64,000 bases of DNA from an uncultured bacterium (lineage in GTDB: Bacteria; Patescibacteriota; Saccharimonadia; Saccharimonadales; Saccharimonadaceae): NCBI GenBank assembly GCA_947084875.1, contig CAMTUF010000003.1, positions 58,644 to 122,643 of the forward strand, in the 5' to 3' direction. The notes below the pieces were generated by a model. That model saw nothing but the letters and a program-made list of their open reading frames with translations, made no database searches and had not been told where the DNA came from. Each line of letters starts with the position of its first letter. Within the stretch, counting starts at the first letter, position 1. Positions 61,526-64,000 of the stretch are shown here, piece after piece. Made by a program: the position numbers and the translations under genes.

Positions 61526-61858
61526 ATGTTTCCACTACTTATAAACCCCCTACCACTTCTGCTTACCCTTACCACCTCATTTAGTGTATTGATCCATGAT
61601 ACGCAAATTGACCGTGCAACCACGACTGCACTCGTGCTACCCGTCTCACTTGCAACCCTTGGTGCAGCCGATATTAGCCTCAAACTAAATGACCCTCAAG
61701 TCCATCCCGAAAAAGTGAGTGTCGCCAATACTATTCGGCAACTACGTTCAACCCAACCTCGATTACATGTACGAGACGACAAAGATCGTCAGTATATCTC
61801 AGTCAAAAAGTTTGTCTCTGATGGTATGGGTAGCGAATACCACTGGCCATCGGTATAA
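61526..61858 (+). CDS. hypothetical secreted/membrane protein
   Basis: 110 aa with a hydrophobic N-terminus. No family recognised. Confidence 0.4.
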   Translation: MFPLLINPLPLLLTLTTSFSVLIHDTQIDRATTTALVLPVSLATLGAADISLKLNDPQVHPEKVSVANTIRQLRSTQPRLHVRDDKDRQYISVKKFVSDGMGSEYHWPSV

Positions 61859-61861
61859 AGC

Positions 61862-64000
61862 CTAGTTCAATACGTCTAGTTCACGCTGTAAAGCAATAAC
61901 CAACGTCTTCTTCGCCTCTAATTGTTCTCTGGTTTCTTCTACCAATTCCTTTGGAGCCTTTTCGATATAGCTTTTGCTGTCTAGGCGTGCTTGCAAGGCA
62001 GCAATAGCAGCGTGTGCTTCGGCCAGTCGTGTTTCCAAGTTTGTCTGATGTTCATACAACGTCTCAGCAGACACGTCTAACCATGCTTCTCGGCCGCTCT
62101 CGGGCAGTCTGAGGCCCTTTGCCTGGTCAACATGCGTAATTCCGCTCAGTCGCGCTAAGCGGGCAATCAGCACGCTATTGTCGGCAATTAATGAATCATC
62201 TTCGTACAGCAAATTGTATTTTTCATTCCCAGGGAGCTCACTCATTACAAACCGAATCTCAGTCACGAGCTCTTTCAGCTGGCCAAACTCACCTGCAGCG
62301 ATGTCGTTACAGTCAAGCGCCTCTGGCCACGCAGTCTTGATAAGGAGATCCTTGTGCCACGACAGTGTTTGCCAAATGGTTTCCGTCACAAACGGCGCGA
62401 ATGGATGCGCAATCTTGAGACTTGTGTCGAGTACCCACGCCAAGAGGTCACGGTTTTCTTGTTGCTTACTGGCCTCGATATACCAGTCGGCAACGCTGTC
62501 CCAGATCGCGTGATATACCGTATCACCTGCTTCAGCGAAGCGATAGGTCTGCAGTTGCTGTTCAATGTCGGCACTCGCTTTGTTCAGCTCGCTGATAATC
62601 CAGTGGTCAGCCAACGTCTGTGGCTCGGGTGAACCTGGTTGAAAACCATCGCCCAATTTGTCTTCGATAAATCGTGCAACGTTCCATAACTTGTTGGCGA
62701 AGTTACGGCCTGCTACCACCTTACTGGTGCTAAATGCCTGATTTTGACCTGCACTACGACTCGCAACCAGTCCAAGGCGCAGAGCGTCTGACCCGTATTC
62801 TGCAATCACTTCCATAGGGTTAATGACATTACCCTTTGACTTGCTCATTTTCTGCCCTTTTTCGTCGAGTACTAGCCCATGTAAATACACGTCTTTGAAC
62901 GGCACTTGATCAGTTGCATACAGACCAAACATCACCATGCGCGCGACCCATGCAGTCAGGATATCTGCACCTGTCTCCATGACACTAATCGGATAAAACT
63001 TAGAAAGCTTCCCCTCATCCAAGAAATCAGTTGTCACATATGGCCATTGACCACTGCTAAACCACGTATCAAAGGTATCTTCCTCTCGACGATATGTTGT
63101 ACCATCGACAACAATCGTCTTTTCGTCAACACGACCATCAAAAATCCAATCGTTGGGGTCATTAACGTTCTGGAAGGCAGGAATCGGAATGCCCCAAGGA
63201 ATCTGTCGTGATAAGTTCCAGTCATGGATGTTATCGAGGTAACTGATCAGGAAGTTTTTTCGACTTGCAGGAGTAAAGTTGATCTCCCCTGCTTCAATCG
63301 CCTTTTTAGCACGTTGTGCCAAAGGCTGAATCTTGAGGAACCATTGTTCTTTGATCAGTGGCTGGATCGGCAGACCACTCTTGTAGTCGTAACCGACACT
63401 ATGTTCGATAGTTGTTTTGCCACGAATCAGCTCTTGCGCCTCAAGCGCGGCGACTACACGTTTACGAGCACCCTCGGGGGTCAAGCCCAAGAATTCTGAG
63501 GGCGTATTGATCATCGTACCGTTAAAGTCGATGACCTGGATGCGATCTAATTTGTGTCGCTCCCCTACTTCGAAGTCGTTCGGGTCATGTGCTGGCGTGA
63601 TCTTGACCGCCCCTGTTCCAAACTTTGGATCAACGTATTCATCGGCAATGATAGGGATTTCCCTATCGGTCAACGGTAATAGCACTCTCGTTCCAATCAA
63701 GTGTTTATAACGCTCGTCGTTTGGATTGACGGCTACTGCCGTGTCGCCAAACATTGTTTCTGGGCGCGTAGTGGCAATGACAATCTCGCCAATTTTATCG
63801 AAAGTCGGGTACGCAATCATATACAGCGTGCCTTTTTCCATCTTGTGATTTACTTCAATATCGGCATAGCCTGTCTGGTATTTAGTGCTGTAGTTAACAA
63901 TACGTTCACCTCTGTAAATAAGGCCTTCGTCCCACATTTGCTTGAACGTTTTATAGACACGACTGACTACTTTTTTATCAAGCGTATAGACCAAGTCTTC
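61862..64000 (-). CDS. valS: valine--tRNA ligase (N-terminal part lies beyond the window)
   Basis: KMSKSKGN motif, a CP1 editing region and a C-terminal coiled coil. The frame stays open to position 64000, and the track start at 63994 is an internal TTG. Confidence 0.95.
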   Translation of the reverse strand, partial: EDLVYTLDKKVVSRVYKTFKQMWDEGLIYRGERIVNYSTKYQTGYADIEVNHKMEKGTLYMIAYPTFDKIGEIVIATTRPETMFGDTAVAVNPNDERYKHLIGTRVLLPLTDREIPIIADEYVDPKFGTGAVKITPAHDPNDFEVGERHKLDRIQVIDFNGTMINTPSEFLGLTPEGARKRVVAALEAQELIRGKTTIEHSVGYDYKSGLPIQPLIKEQWFLKIQPLAQRAKKAIEAGEINFTPASRKNFLISYLDNIHDWNLSRQIPWGIPIPAFQNVNDPNDWIFDGRVDEKTIVVDGTTYRREEDTFDTWFSSGQWPYVTTDFLDEGKLSKFYPISVMETGADILTAWVARMVMFGLYATDQVPFKDVYLHGLVLDEKGQKMSKSKGNVINPMEVIAEYGSDALRLGLVASRSAGQNQAFSTSKVVAGRNFANKLWNVARFIEDKLGDGFQPGSPEPQTLADHWIISELNKASADIEQQLQTYRFAEAGDTVYHAIWDSVADWYIEASKQQENRDLLAWVLDTSLKIAHPFAPFVTETIWQTLSWHKDLLIKTAWPEALDCNDIAAGEFGQLKELVTEIRFVMSELPGNEKYNLLYEDDSLIADNSVLIARLARLSGITHVDQAKGLRLPESGREAWLDVSAETLYEHQTNLETRLAEAHAAIAALQARLDSKSYIEKAPKELVEETREQLEAKKTLVIALQRELDVLN

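Noticed and set aside
1-64000. CRISPR arrays, rRNA operons, IS elements, prophage or integrase genes, and toxin-antitoxin pairs
   Set aside because: I looked for regularly spaced direct repeats, long inverted terminal repeats, DDE or tyrosine-recombinase motifs and small adjacent ORF pairs. I found none apart from the features reported.

Overview
This is a 64-kb window of a compact, gene-dense bacterial chromosome. Hand counts on sample lines put the GC content in the low-to-mid 40s percent. Most genes are on the minus strand and nearly all are housekeeping:
- Replication and repair: ftsK, mpg, family-4 UDG, mutM, polA, holA, dnaG.
- RNA metabolism: rnj, pnp, truB, orn.
- Translation: rpsO, rpsT, argS, valS (partial), three tRNA-Ser and one tRNA-Arg.
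- Nucleotide and folate metabolism: guaA, pyrG, pyrB, nrdA/nrdB, folE, folC, a deaminase, and a deoxyribosyltransferase-like/YjjX fusion.
- Others: rpoD, groES/groEL with a CIRCE operator, cell-wall genes (murE, FemAB-like, VanX-like), a MacB-type ABC pair and many small membrane proteins.

No rRNA, CRISPR array, integrase or transposase was seen. The gene content (reduced metabolism, a WhiB-like regulator, many orphan membrane proteins) fits a reduced-genome Patescibacteria/Saccharibacteria-like organism. That placement is inference only.

Most notable observations:
1. Two sharply bounded high-GC single-gene islands (about 2852-4245 and 32058-32596) sit in otherwise uniform DNA. The first encodes an actinobacterial-type DapD-like acyltransferase. 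The second encodes an orphan 155-aa protein and is flanked by a perfect 12-bp inverted repeat. Neither has mobility genes.
2. NrdA lacks the C-terminal redox cysteine pair, and an unannotated 57-aa ORF ending in CEGCQ lies between nrdA and nrdB.
3. tRNA-derived fragments upstream of tRNA-Arg(GCG) and tRNA-Ser(GGA) can form alternative structures or a separate small transcript.
4. A structured RNA of about 400 nt (best guess RNase P RNA) fills a 660-bp gap.
5. TAnAAT -10 boxes lie 6-8 nt from the start codon at 13 genes, suggesting widespread leaderless mRNAs.
6. Several housekeeping proteins look degenerate or unusual: DnaG without its zinc ligands, a DHH-like protein with a Pro-rich tail, and a divergent RelA/SpoT-like protein.

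All homology calls rest on motif recognition by eye. No searches were run.
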